64,000 bases of DNA from Tubulanus polymorphus (taxonomy: Eukaryota; Animalia; Nemertea). Under the pieces are notes generated by a model. The model was not told where the DNA came from, did not search any database, and was given only the letters and a program-made list of their open reading frames with translations. The DNA lies in the NCBI RefSeq assembly GCF_964204645.1, contig NC_134025.1:7812001-7876000 (forward strand), written 5' to 3'. Shown piece by piece: positions 1 through 14,330 of the stretch; within the stretch, counting starts at the first letter, position 1, and every line of letters begins with the position of its first letter. The translations under genes were made by a program, and so were the position numbers.

Positions 1-801
1 ATTTCCTTCCTCGTACATCACACTATAATTAGGTGCGCCATGATGTCAGAGCTAGGTATGTATAAGTGATAATGGATCTGGCCATTAGCACGAGCTATTT
101 CTGCTGATAAGAAAAGAAGAACAAGCAAATGACAATGTCTTTAGATAGCATCTCAGGAAAATTGGCTTTTGAACTTGCTTTGCCTACTAGATGCATCCCC
201 GTTTTCCCTGGGCTTAATTGCCTGATCCAACTATAAAGCTCAGCCCAACAAACAACGAGGAAACGGAAAGGTTTACTCAGGGAATTATAATACATGTTTT
301 GTGACTCCAGTTATTTTAGTATTCACTGATTCATTCGTACGTCTAAACGAAAGACGAGAAGAAATATGGTAGACGAGAAATGGATATTTATTAACAAGAT
401 TATAGAGCCTTATTGAACAGAGAATGAATTAGTATCACGTACGCCTCAGGGCCCGTGAATTAGGCCTAATAATAACAATTTAAAGATACATGTAGTTATC
501 GCAATCACAACCCTCTTATTTATCTCGAAGCATGTAAACTAACTCGAAAACTCGCTGTGTCCATGGTACAATTTTTCAATAACTCTTTATTACACCGATA
601 CCCCTTTTCCGGGTCCAGATGTATATAGTGAAATTTATAAACCTTAGAATTAAAACAATCCATCGATACATATAGAAATTTACATCACCATGATATTAAC
701 ATGATAACAATAAGTATGTAAGTGAAGTCGGCAGCAGGCAGCGAGAGAAGTCACTAGAATTCATTTACGAAGTTCTCAGCTATCGAACTGACAGCAGGGA
801 T

Positions 802-3800
802 CTATTGCAGGTCGTTTTGGGGTTTTACGATTGAATTATGTAATGGTGACGAGATTGACTTTTTATTCGTAATCATCGGAGATTCTGCTACCGCTCGGCT
901 GCCGTTTCTCGCCGTCGTTTGGAGAACCCTGATATCGTTTTCATCGACGAACATTACTGCGTACAATTTCGGCAAGAACAAACACACATGAACTACGTAT
1001 GAATTTATTATCATTGCCAGTGTCAGATAGACGACTTTCGCTTTTTCTTGAGAAGCCGTGAAAAAAGTCGGAATGAAAACTAACCATAGAATGAGCGTCG
1101 TATATACACTGAAACTGATGAAACGAGATTCGTTGAAGTTTTCGGGCACTTTTCTCGACCTGATCGCGTAGTATGTACACGCAATGATAAGTATTAAGTT
1201 ATAAGATACGCAGATCATTGTTGTCCTCATAGATGTATCACATCCTAGTTCTACTTTTTTCACGGTCAAGATGCGCATGTACAACTTCCGATGAGGCGGT
1301 TCAACGGCAGCTATCAACACACAAACGAATACCTAAAAAAGAAGAAAACAAGAATTCGGTGAATCTGTGATCTTATAATGCCACTTATCAATGATGTTTT
1401 TACTGGCTTGGTTTCTCAACGCAAATTCCCATTGTCAAATAAAGTTGCCTTTTCAAGTTTCATTTCTTTTTCAAAAATATGATGAAATGATTAGGGAAGC
1501 AGGGAGCTTCAAGGGAACTTCCCTGGGAAGAGTGAAAATAATACTGGTAAGACGTTGGAAAATGTGAGTTTTGGCAAGTCATGAAACGATCTGCGGGAGC
1601 CACCAAAAGTATAAAAATGACATAAACCGGAAACCACGTGCATCGACCATGAAATTAGATCGAGACGTATTGTTTTATGTTGTTGGGGGTTATGTTTGAT
1701 TACTCAGATAATGATATCCATTCCATTCATTCTAGTAGGAGGGCTGCTCAACGAAGACAATAAATAAGCTTCGCGTTTATGGTCAAGAAACTGATCAATT
1801 AATCATCGCCACAAAACAGACGATAAATCGGGTGATTAATGAAACCTTTTGCGTAATCTGGAAAGCGCCGACGACAGAGGATTACACGCCATGATGTGAA
1901 CAAACTACCGATACATAAACCTCGAGCTGAAAACAGGCATTAACTTTTTAGCTGTCGTAGAAAATCAAGGATCAAATTCAGTAATATCAAAGACTTGTTG
2001 GCGCGTTATAGACAATGGCAAATGTCTACTACAAATGATAGATGATAGATGTACCTTGGAGCATGGACGTATAAACTAGTTTATATGTCCATGCTTGGAG
2101 TAATCATTTGAAATGATTTCAAATGATTACTCCAAGGATGTACGTAATATAACGAAAGTGCAGTAGATATTCTTCATTTCTGAACGTATATGTACATTTC
2201 CTATTGAAACTAACAGAGATCAAAATAGCAGATATATTCTTTTAAGATTACAAAATCGCATCTTGCTGCAGTACAGATAGCATAGTTATCCGTGGGATTT
2301 CGAGTTCATTACATTTCATGGAAATCAAATCAATTTAGGCGCACTTTTCATCAGTAAAATTCAATTCTGACATGAAATTCGATTAGCTATGACAATCATT
2401 ATAATTTGATTTCCACTGGTGACTCAAATTGTCTTTTTCCTTCTCTGAACCGAACGAAGGAAGTCATTTTGATTGCAGTGCGGAAGATTCGCCAGTGTTT
2501 GCAAATACTCAAGCGCTGTATAACCGATAGATATCTAATTTATCAAAAATGAAATAAGAGTTATGAAATGTATTTGTTTACATATGCCAAAATCCACAAT
2601 ATTGTAATCGTTATTTCGAAATGCCAATATTCGCACACAGAACCCCTTAAATATCACATATATGCTAGGTATCAAAGTATCAAAGTCCAAATTACTCAAG
2701 GGATTCTCCAAGTGTATTTTGATCAAACTATAGGTATTGCTACCTCTGCCTATATAGTAATAACAGCGCTTATTGATGGACAATTCTATACGGCTGCGCT
2801 GCTGATCTCGTCTAATATTGACTTAAAAACGTATACTGTATCGTTCTACATGTCTGCCCGATTAGATATAAACGAAAAATGATCGGCTTAAATACCGAAC
2901 CAATGCGAAATAAATCAGTAAATTGTTTATCTGAATACGAGCACTCGGGTGATTTATACAGCGTTTTGCGAGTAGAACCGAGTTTTATTATATCTTCAAT
3001 TCATAAAACCAATAACGATTAGCAATACGTAAATAAACCACAACCCGTTTCGGGATGGAATATCACTTTGGCACTACGGGACGTGTATAGGTCTGTAAAT
3101 TATAAATCGGGCTCACGGGAAATTGGACAACCGAATGGATTTCGAAGTGAACCTGTATTTCGATTAGAAAGATTTCGATATTTTTACGTTCATGCAATCA
3201 TTACAACTAGCATCTGTGTCTACATGATTTTGCTCTCAAGATATTCAGTAGATCAGTCGATTAGGAATGATATATTACCACGAACAGCGCAAAACCGGTC
3301 CATAATTCCAGGATATAAACCAAGGGCACAATCATTGCTGAAACATTACGACTATAAGTCTTCATTAGAGCAATGTAGCTAAAATCAGCAACTGGCCCAG
3401 GGCACGGATTTTGAGTCTTTGTGAACGTAAACCATGTGTACCATCGTAAGTCATTTCCCGAGAATATGTTCATACATTCACCATTCACATTTTAGAATTC
3501 GATTCATCACAGTGATAAACAGTAACTGTTAAGTTGTTAGGATAACTTTTAAACATCTAAACGCTTTCAACACACATCTAAGAGCCAAGTCCATCCGCGA
3601 CTTACCCGCTGAAGAAACTCAAAGGTACTCAAGATAATACAAACCAAGTGCCGAAGATATTAAAATAAAGAACGCGTGTATTTTCTGTATGCAAATTCTA
3701 GAATTTGTACACCACGTAAGCGTTCAAATTAATAGAACTATAGTAGAATGGATATTCGTTCCGATTGAAAAAATTGTCTTGTTTCATCAATTTTCTATGG

Positions 3801-6800
3801 GTACGATACATGTAACATTGCGTCTAAGATTTGTTGGTGAATTTCATTCTATTGGCAACATGCTGCTCTCGTTGAAGACGATCGGTCACAAACAAAGGCT
3901 GTTGGCGATCCCCTCTCAAACATTATAGTCAATTAAACCAGATATAATTTCTAATAAATCATTCGTTAGACCATAAAATGATGACGAACGATATCGCTGT
4001 CTTGCTTTACAATAGTATATCAGATTATAGTGCACCACGTATTGATTCAGAACCGGTTTAAAATGTTTTGAGGGAACGCGCATGTTTTCGTTTAGAATTA
4101 CTTAATCAAAAAAAACCCTCTTTGTTATTCTTGAGATGTTCTTGCCTCCGCGCTTTTGAATCTGTTTCAAAAGATTTGAATTCAAGGCCACACACGCACT
4201 GCTCTAATTATTTAGAGTGTGAAGTCATGTATTCGTTTTCCTGTAGTACTGCCGTGCCTCTAATGAAATTGGAATGTGATCATTGACACGTAGCGTGGTT
4301 TTTAATCTAATTCGCTTATAAAGAAAAGTATGCTTTATCGATGCCTGCAACGAAAATCAATCTAACTGGGAACAGATGAAATTCCATCTCCACCATCGGA
4401 ATTCAATTATTGCGAAATAGAAATGTGAAGGGTACAAAAACAACGACAGTCAACAAATAACTGGTCTTCAATGACTGATAGTGTGGCATATTGTCCTAGC
4501 GTCTGCATCGCGAGTCAATTAATTTCACCAACAGCACTGTATTCTATTTGGCTTGATTTATGCATTTCTATTTGGAGAATTGGTTCTTGACACAAGCACC
4601 TCTATTTCATTTGTGAGGCTGTGATTTGATTTTGCTGGAATAATTGTCAACGAGAAGCTAGAAAGCTCTTCATGCAATCTTAATCTCTATCATCTAAAAA
4701 CTGTGTATGATATATCAAAGTTTCGATTACCATACATAACTTTAGTTTAAAGCAGAAAATATCGTACTTTTTACATCATAGGTAACATTTCTTTTGCTTC
4801 TCGGAGGTTGATTTGAAATGAAAAAGAAGTCCTACGACATCAACAACATTAGTGTGACGACAAAATGTATTTATATGGCTGCTTCTCGCGAAATCATAGA
4901 CATTACTAGTAAATTATTGCAAATTCTTTTTAGCATCGGTCTTTTACTGCTATCGGAAATTGCCTTCAAGACTACAGTAGAAATTAATCGGCGAAACTGA
5001 GTGAGGTTGCATAAAAAAACGATCACTGGCAAAGGAAATACGCAACCATATTTCAATTTTTGAAGCACAGATCGCTGATAGGACACGGTCTCTGGTGAGA
5101 TTACAACTAAGCCCTATATTTCATTTTTCCCCACTCGCCGGTCTAACATTGGTTAAGCCAGAGGTGCCTATCTGGTGGCTGATTTGGGACATAAGGTAAC
5201 ATTTTGATATGCAAACGAGGGTGCTAGAACGCTTGAACGTTGAAATAAGACAAAGGCGAATTTCTCTCAAAAAGCCATAATACTTTCAGATCAATAGAGT
5301 TCTTCAGATCAATAGAGTTCTTCTATCACACAAACACCATTTTAAACCATAAAGTTTTTTAAATGGTGTGCACGGTGCTTTTTAAATCGACCGACCATTG
5401 TACCCATCAAATATACACTTTATGGACATGGGCACTAATAACGTTGATAGCTTTGAGTGGCGAATGGAGAGTTCTGCAAAGCCGTCACTGCGGGAACTGG
5501 TTGGTTGTTGAACTTACCTGCACTGTGATAAGTATCGAGGCAATGACAATCTGTGATTTACTGTTTACGAATCTTGGCGGTCGTTTCGTCCTGCTGCCAT
5601 AATAGAATATCGAAAATATTCTCCTCGTTTTCACCATCAGCGGAGCATAAGTAAAGGTGAAACTGACGTGAAATCCGAATTGCGTCACTTGACAAGTAAT
5701 CATCGACGGTTTGGCGAAAAAAACGAAACACAAAAAAAGCGAACAAAATATCCCCAACAAAATCATATACATGATTTCCGTACTGGACGCTTTTATAAGT
5801 TTAGAGTTTCTGAAGTATGTGAATATTACGAAAATGATAATCGTTACGATAATTCCAATGCTTGCTAATGTAGATATACCAATAGCTACAGGTTCTGACC
5901 AGTGTATGAAAGTTGGTTCTATGTTCATGCAGGTATGCCAGAGTTTGTCGGGCCACTGGAATTGGGGACATTTCGTACACTTGCTTCGATTTTCGTTGGT
6001 TATTTCATTTTCCCGACAACGTTTACATTCCCAACAACAAGGCACATCTTTGGGCAGGCGATAGAAACCGGGTGAACAGTGCTCCGAACACGCTGATATT
6101 GGAGGTGAGGATGAGTTACTTTTGAAACCATACGGCCAAACTACCTTTCCATCGTCATACATGCTCAAATCATCATTGGCAATATGATACAGGCCAACTC
6201 TTCGAGCATGTCTTAAGCCGTTAACAAGTTGGAAATTCCTGATTTCCAAATAACCAACTACATCGCCATTGCTATCAAATTCTATCTTCCCGACTAACCC
6301 TTCGAAACTAACGTTCCCAAGAAAGCTTCTCAATAAAGAGCCAGTAACACAAGTTCTTACATTTTTACTCGTGTTCAAACATTCGCTTACAATCAGCGTA
6401 TGGAGTGCATTTGCATACGCGTATACACTGTCAATTACAAGCGAAACGGTCAAATCAGAACTGTTTCTCAATAAACTACATGATTCAGAATGAGGCGAAC
6501 AAGAACTCTCTACGATGTCATCGAACAATGTGAGATCTCCGCTGATATTCAAAGTTCGCATTGATCTGTAATACTTTTCGAAGCCCGGGTCGTGCACTGT
6601 GAATTGGGTGACTCCGAACGAGCCAACGGGGATCTTTTGGAATTTGTCCGTGGACGCGATGATTGACGTTATAGAATCGGAAAAAATGAATACGTATTTA
6701 TCCGTCTGCTGCGCGCGAGAAACAGCATCGATGAAATTTACCGTATCGATAGTGTTCGCGAAAACGATCACGACTTTGGATTTGCCAAGTATAAGCCGTC

Positions 6801-7587
6801 TGACAATCATGTCGTAATCCTCTTGGTAAGAGTGGATTCTAATTTCCGCCAGTGTTTCGAAGCAAATGCCTTTGCTAGCAACACGCTCTTGAATATGTTT
6901 AACGCCTTCGGTACCGTAACCGCCCTGGGAAAATACCGCAGCAATGTATGACCATTTGAAATGTAATAAAAGCCGAATCATCGTCTCAACTTGGTACTTA
7001 TCAGGTGGCACTGTACGGAAGAAATATGGATGAACATTTTTGTCACTTAATTGATTCGCGGTGGCGAAATAACTAATCATTGGTTTGTGGAATAGAGATA
7101 AGAGCGGTGAAACCATTATAGCCGATGAACTACTTCCGGGTCCAACTACTCCTACGACGTCAAATTGGCGACTTCCGGTTAGGCAGTTTCTGCGCCAATC
7201 AGCATCATTTTGACATGTGCTCGATACTGTCTTTTTGTCCGGTAAAATAAACATCGAACGCGCCAGAGCAATTTTGTCTTTCCAACAATTATCAAATATA
7301 ACATAACCAAGGCTGACATTTGGAAGGATGGCATCGTTTGCATTGATTTGTTCGATGGCGTACATGAAGGCTACGGATCTGTATATACCGAGAGTGTATA
7401 TTTCGCTGCTACAAAAACCCGTGTCCTGGTCGTAATGATGAATATCGAAGTATCCGGCGATGTTTAGATCACCGGATTTGAAAATATAACTCTCTTTTAA
7501 ATCCGGCACATAATTCCCGGCTGTTGTTGTGTTAATATACTCGAATATTATTCCCATTATTCCCATTGTCATGAGTCGGAAGATCAT
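802..7587 (-). CDS. Class C GPCR, metabotropic glutamate receptor-like (Venus flytrap + Cys-rich + 7TM), ~866 aa; coding exons 7587-5518 and 1332-802
   Basis: Signal peptide; motifs LPNVSLGYVIFDNC, GVVGPGSSSS, FFRTVPPD, IEFDSNGD, CCWEC, KVPENFNES. Donor CAG|GTAAGT at 5518/5517 and acceptor TTTTTTAG|GTA at 1333/1332 join in phase 0. Confidence 0.95.
2055..2136. mobile_element. Two nested palindromic mini-elements, each with a 7-bp target-site duplication
   Basis: Outer CTTGGAG...CTCCAAG flanked by GATGTAC (2048-2054, 2137-2143). Inner 32-bp palindrome CATGGACGTATAAACTAGTTTATATGTCCATG (2062-2093) flanked by CTTGGAG. Confidence 0.75.
5285..5322. repeat. 18-bp tandem duplication (TTCAGATCAATAGAGTTC x2)
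   Basis: Directly visible in the GPCR intron. Confidence 0.85.
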
Positions 7588-10500
7588 GGTTGGTCCAGGG
7601 TGCGTTGGCGGGCGAGCTAAAGTTGCCTCCGATCTCTGATAGAATATGAGTTAGTTATTCGTGCGTGTCATATTTCCTCTCACGGACAATGTAAATTCAT
7701 TACCAGGTCTTGCAGTCTGAAAGAAGGTGATAGGATCAGATTATCAACCGAAATGTTTCCCAAATTCACCCACGCACAACGAACGGACCTTATATGCGAG
7801 ATATTGTCATCGGGGAATAGAATCCCATCCTGTATGGATCATATATACAAATTGAATTACTCCATCATTTTTTATCTCACGATTACAAGAAAAATTTCGA
7901 GGGAATAGTTAACCTGCTCAGTGTTTCGTTTGAAGTGCACACGTGTGCTTTATCTCTCTTATTCATTTAATTTCTACCAGGAATTCCAAGAATGCGAGTG
8001 TCTTTGGAAGATTATTACCTACAACATTAACTACGGTTACACGCTGCCTTCAGATTACGACATTCGAAAATAAACATGAATTAGAATAGGTTAGTTTTTT
8101 CGAAAAAAATGTTTGTAAAATTTCGCCGCAGTTTAACAGATCAGTCGGGTTAGGGATGTACCACTTGTCCGATACACGATAAGAAATTGAAATGACCCCA
8201 AACGTCGCATTTCACTCACTAATTAAAACGGCGCGCTATTTAAGAGCTACCTTTCAGTAAGGTTTGCGTCAACAAGAAGCCATACTTGAGGGCTGGATAA
8301 ATCTGACATAAGCTTGTATTAATCTGTACTTACTGTGCTCAATAAACATCCTACACGTCCACTCAATGGTATTAATTTGTGCACTGATATAATTTACGAG
8401 GACAAACGATGTTGCAAAAATAAAGATACGGGAAAAATCCCACAATAATTCAGCCAAAGATGAACAGTTGTTGAATAGAATTGTATATATGAATATTTCG
8501 AGCAACGTTACGACTAAAGACTCTTGATACACACTGACAAGCTGTTACCATTTTTCTAAACAAAATTTATGCAATCATTTGCTTTGGACCAATTGATTTT
8601 GCCAAAAAGCTTAGTGATGAAAATCGTTTCAATATAGTTTCGATTATACACTAGCTTCCACGTCATTCAAGTAGTACATACCGCACTACAAATCTATATC
8701 GCACTACAAATATATCGCGGTTGCATATAGTTTCCTCGGATTTGCTTACCTTCATTTTAATCCATGCGGCCTGACGATAGCATTTTATCCGCGATGATCA
8801 TGAACTGAATGTATATACTGTTTAAAAAACGCTATCGGTATATTATTAACAAACTCTACAATTTCTGCCGTCGCTTTTGCTTTGATCGTTTCTTCGTAGA
8901 GACTGGCACATGGCATCGCAGCGAGATGACCACAGCGTGAAACGCGCATCCATGGCATTAGACGTCAGCGCTGTTGGCTAATTACCGCTACTCTATAAAC
9001 TTATTGCATTCGTCGCGTAAACGTTGGAACTTGCATATATCCGGGAAACTAACAACGAGATCAAAAGCAGAAACATCCGTTGCGACAATTTCTCGTTTGA
9101 AATATGAAATATCATAAATATTGCACACGCAATCATAATAATTAGGATCGGTTTCACATTGTGCGTCATATGGAATCCTCGTTCGATAATTATAAAATGT
9201 GGGTGAAATCTATGCAGTTTTATATTTGTTCATGAGTTGATAGTCCCATATGTCTATAAATTCATCTCACACCTGTATTTGCTATATGCCTGGTCCATAA
9301 TGATTTATAGTCTGGGTGATAAATAGGAAAAATTCATATAGAACCAAGCGATGATCGAATCATAATGTTGATTCTTTTTTGTTGATTTTCAGTTACTTAA
9401 ATCGTAGTGTTAAAACGTTTTTTAACGTAAGATTTTTAATTACTATGCCAGCGACTATTCTAAACTCTGTACTGACAGGACTTATCGTGAAAATAAACCC
9501 ATAAAATATTATGAAGGATTTTGACCACAGCAATGAATATATCAACACATTGCTATTACTATATTACAGTCGTTATCAACATCATATCGTTAATATTGCC
9601 ATAGGGACGAAAGGCGTTTGATTTCTCTCTATAGGGGTCATAGATTAGCCCCGAGGGTTGTTGGTACTTTGCCATATATTCTGCGCATCATAGCACAATC
9701 TCAGCGGTCGTGGCCCTATGTCGGTTATTGTGATAAACAATTGGGTTTTACTAAAATGACCAATTCGCATTGAGCTGAAGAAAATGTGTGCTAATTCTGG
9801 TTTCTTCGCAGAAAATAACCTTGCGAAGTCTGAATGAATACAATGGATGTACTTGGACCGTTTGTTCTTTACTTCATAATTCAGAGCATTTTATAATTTG
9901 TTGATGTTTATTTTGAAGAGGAGCCTATTGTATGGTAGATTCATGTTGTTAGACCATCAAATCATTGCCAATTTAGCCATTTACTAAACACAGTTTCCGG
10001 TCTCATAGTATTAAATTCATATCATTTATTATCTCGATTGTCAGCTTCCACACAAAATCATCGGATTTGTCAAAGATGGCCGATTTTGAATGAATGCGTT
10101 TTGTGAGGTCGGGAAGATTAGAGGTCATCAAGTATGAAACGCCAATAAAAGGCCCGCATTTTAGCTGTCGTCATACATTCGTGCTAATCTACTCGTCGAA
10201 GAAGGTTTTAGATATATTCCTAGATTCCATCGTCATAAAACGTGCTGTGCTCCTGTATATACTTGCTGGCAATTTTTTCGTCTCTAGTGAGGTAGGTCCT
10301 AGGGTCTAGTTGTATATGCAAATTTGGAAAACTTTATTCAATGAAATCTCAATTTGTCACAAGAGATTTATTATGATGAAACTAGAACATTAAGACACCG
10401 CAGATCTGTTCGATATATATGATCGTTTTATTGACCCGATATCAACATAACAGGTTTGATAATTTCTTGACCACATGAGATAATATATTCTAGGATCAAT

Positions 10501-10639
10501 GTGTTGGCGTGTGACGTTACACGATAAACTATATAAACAAGAGCTACGACGTTTATAGGCTTACACCATTCTAATCGTTCTGCGCAACAAGTAACGTTAC
10601 AGAAGATAAATTTGTATTTCATTTGCAGTTTCCTGAAAG

Positions 10640-11623
10640 ATGGCGTCTGCAGCTTTAGTGTTTGGATTCCTTATGATTTGCCTAGTTAGCGTCAACGCCA
10701 ATCCAATAGAAGAGAAGAAGCAATCCTCAGAAGAGGAAGGTAAAATAACTTTCATCACGTGATAATTAGTGTGTGGATACTATTTGGATACTATTCTATA
10801 TGATTTTAAAACTAGCCAAGAAATAAATCCATGAATTGTTTTAAAGGATTACTGAGCAGGAACTATAGTATTTATCTATTCTCTCAAAGATAATTCATTC
10901 ATTGCAATAGTGATAAAAGGCTCTGAGTGTTAACTTTATATTTGCCGTAAGACTTGGAAGTAAAAATCTTGGGCGAATCCGGGATCGATGTCTCCCATTT
11001 AACTTTCTCATGTATTTTTTAATCGTTCTTCCAGGATGTAGAAACCTCAAGGGAGAAAAACGAGAGGAAGGCGACTCTTGGTATGAGAAAAACCTGTTAG
11101 TTCAGTGTACGTGCGACCGTTTCGAAGATTTCATGGGAGGACAAAGTGGTAACGCGGAAACAAAACTAACAAGGCGTTGCCTTACATTCGGTAAGATTCT
11201 GTACCATTAATCACGAGAACGACCATCAAAATATCACCAAAGTTCACCTCGAGGACAGCGCTATCTTTGGTGGCGTGAATATCAATTTAAACAAACGTCA
11301 AATTTACCATGACCAAAGTAACACGATTGTTAACTAGTGGCCACGGGGTCAAGTACCTACGTAATCGTACTTCTTGAGAGAATATTTTATATAAGAATTC
11401 ACGATTATGTCGATTGAAGCATTTTCGATTTCGCTCTTTTTCAGGTTGTCGCCTCCCAGAAACTGATGAGATAGTAAGGGGACACTCCACGAGGACCACG
11501 GAAGATGGCAAAGTCAAATGCCGATGTATACGCGGACAGGACCCCAAGCTAATGGATGGATACACTATGTGGTATTGGAAATGTAACAGTTCAGATGTAT
11601 ACTGGACCAATCCACCGTACTAA
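10640..11623 (+). CDS. Small secreted protein (~144 aa) with two 4-Cys modules resembling FN1/partial VWC; exons 10640-10739, 11035-11190, 11445-11623
   Basis: MASAALVFGFLMICLVSVNA signal peptide; two phase-1 exons each encoding GCR...CxC...C; canonical GT/AG sites; total 435 nt in frame. Confidence 0.85.
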
Positions 11624-12138
11624 CTATACAGTTCAATCTAACTATTTTGTCCAACAACGATCAGTCACGCAGAAGTAAATATTCTTTTTGTGAATGCGTC
11701 ATTTGTAGTTCAAGTCAGGAATTACTTTTTGTAATTATCGAACATTCTGAAATTACCTTCTACCTAATTTTTTAAAGTATTCCTTCGGTAGCTTTTTCTG
11801 TACGTGTATACACCATGATATTAGATTTTAATGATTTTGTGCTGATTTTAAACACGCATTTTAATGATTTATCGACATCAATGATATTAGTGAAAAAAAC
11901 TATTTTTCTACTTCATTTATGGCAGTATATTTTAGGGGTTGTAAATATATATCATTGTACATACGTATTTTCGATTTCAAGGTCCGAATCTTGTAATTTA
12001 TCTGTAACATAATTGTCAAACTGTCAATAAAGTAAATAATTCATGAAGACACTTCGCATGTTGTTTAACTAGAATCGTAAATCAGTTGATTTATTCATTA
12101 ATCACTCGAGGAAATTCTGATCACGACGACCCGAGAAC

Positions 12139-13901
12139 AATAAACCATTTTACAGTTGCTAGCCGCCATTTTGTTAGGGTACTTTTGTCCCGTATTGTTG
12201 GGTAATTTTTTTCTCTTTTTTAAAAACTATCCGTGATGTGTATTGTATCATATTTCATCTGTCGATGGATGGATTTTGACAACTTCAGCAACATTCAAAC
12301 CGCGTGAATCTCTAGTTTTCAGTTATGTAAAAATCATTTCTCAAATTTACAACAATGCGACATTAGAGCGATATAAAAATCGGTGGTCAGTTTTTGCCGT
12401 GCGCATAGAAATCCAGGGTACTGAACTTTGAAGTTCGTTATTTTCAGAAATAATTTTCTAAAAAATCCAAACATTTCAAGCACTGTGCGCATAAACACCC
12501 CCTTTTAGGTGAACTTTGAAATTTTAAGATATCTTGCCTAGTTTTTTTCCCATGGCACTTTAACTGCAGCGCTTGTATTGACATTCCAAGATTCGGCGCT
12601 GTTTTCTTTGCGTGTATTTCAGTATATGGGTGTTATTTCTTCATTTTCACTACACTTGTCTCTACGGAAAATGGTTTTAATTGTTGGTACGAGTATCAGG
12701 TTTAAATATTACGGCATTAATACTGTATTCCGTTCTCCGGCGCTAGTTCGTAATGGCTGTAATGGTAGCCGCTTTTACAGCAGGCAGAGGCTTACGTACA
12801 TGCACCCAAGAAAACCCAAAATATCACTCTTTTGTTGTAAATGCAATCCACACACTTCTTGCGTTTTTGTGATGGTAGATGTCACTTTTTACTTTTTATC
12901 ACCTGCGTCTGACATTCGAACTTGATACTTGATATTTCACCACCAAAACAAGAAAACGTTTTCCTACATTTTCTTCCCAATCTAATCAATCTTGAGTGTA
13001 CTTAATAGAAAGTATTCATAGAAAGTAGCTGAATATTTGCCCCACCCCATTTGTCCAGCTTTTTGACCACTTCTCCATCCATCTAATTTCAGTAGATTTT
13101 TATGTAAATTTATTGATAGACTACTGATTTAAATGGTCATCATACTCGATTTTGAGTGTTATATTTCTTTTCTTCTTCCATCTCAATATAGGCCCATATA
13201 TTCTCCCGCGCGCAACTTCGAATGCGTGATCAAAATGCCGCTCAGTCTCGCTGCTAAAACTGGTCAGAAAAATCCCTTAAACCCCAACATCTCTAATGTC
13301 TTCGATCTATTATATTGCATAAACGACGTGATATTTAAACCTGATACTCGTACCAACAATTAAAACCATTTTCCGTAGAGACAAGTGTAGTGAAAATGAA
13401 GAAATAACACCCATATACTGAAATACACGCAAAGAAAACAGCGCCGAATCTCGGAATGACAATACACGCGCTGCAGTTAAAGTGCCATAGGAAAAAAACT
13501 AGGCAAGATATCTTAAAATTTCAAAGTTCACCTAAAAGGGGGTGTTTATGCGCACAGTGCTTGAAATGTTTGGATTTTTTAGAAAATTATTTCTGAAAAT
13601 AACGAACTTCAAAGTTCAGTACCCTGGATTTCTATGCGCACGGCAAAAACTGACCACCGATTTTTATATCGTTCTCATGTCGCATTGTTGTAAATTTGAG
13701 AAATGATTTTTACATAACTGAAAACTAGAGATTCACGCGGTTTGAATGTTGCTGAAGTTGTCAAAATCCATCCATCGACAGATGAAATATGATACAATAC
13801 ACATCACGGATAGTTTTTAAAAAAGAGAAAAAAATGACCCAACAATACGGGACAAAAGTACCCTAACAAAATGGCGGCTAGCAACTGTAAAATGGTTTAT
13901 T
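12139..13901. mobile_element. Foldback/large MITE with ~575-bp terminal inverted repeats (12139-~12713 and ~13326-13901)
   Basis: AATAAACCATTTTACAGTTGCTAGCCGCCATTTTG... is mirrored almost base for base by ...CAAAATGGCGGCTAGCAACTGTAAAATGGTTTATT; ~610-bp non-coding spacer. Confidence 0.93.
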
Positions 13902-14330
13902 ACACAATAGCTGGCCTTGTTAGAATGCGAAATGAATGGCTTACGGATTCTTGGTGATAATTTACTACTTAAGCACAAGAAACGGCTGTATTCTCAATGT
14001 TTTTGAAGAAAATAAGTTAGAAAACATGTATTTTCCCTTCTTTTTAAGATATACATAACTAAATCCCCATTGATGTGCGACAGCTTCAACAATTTGACGG
14101 ATTTAATAAGTCTCTGGTAAATCTATGCGTAGATACGTTCGAGTGTCAAGCATCGCGATGTGCAAGAATGCGATGATACTGTCGAAGACAGAGTCGGATT
14201 GCACGGGCTTGCTATCGTGTTTGGCGATAGCAGCATTCACCCAACATCCGTCACTGATATCCGCAATCAAAGCGATCGCATCCATGAAATAGTCTCGCTA
14301 TCGGGTTTCCTAGAGTTTGCGCCGAAACAA

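Noticed and set aside
5558-6817. Several short ORFs overlapping the class C GPCR exon
   Set aside because: Antisense or out-of-frame shadows of a real CDS; no independent motifs.
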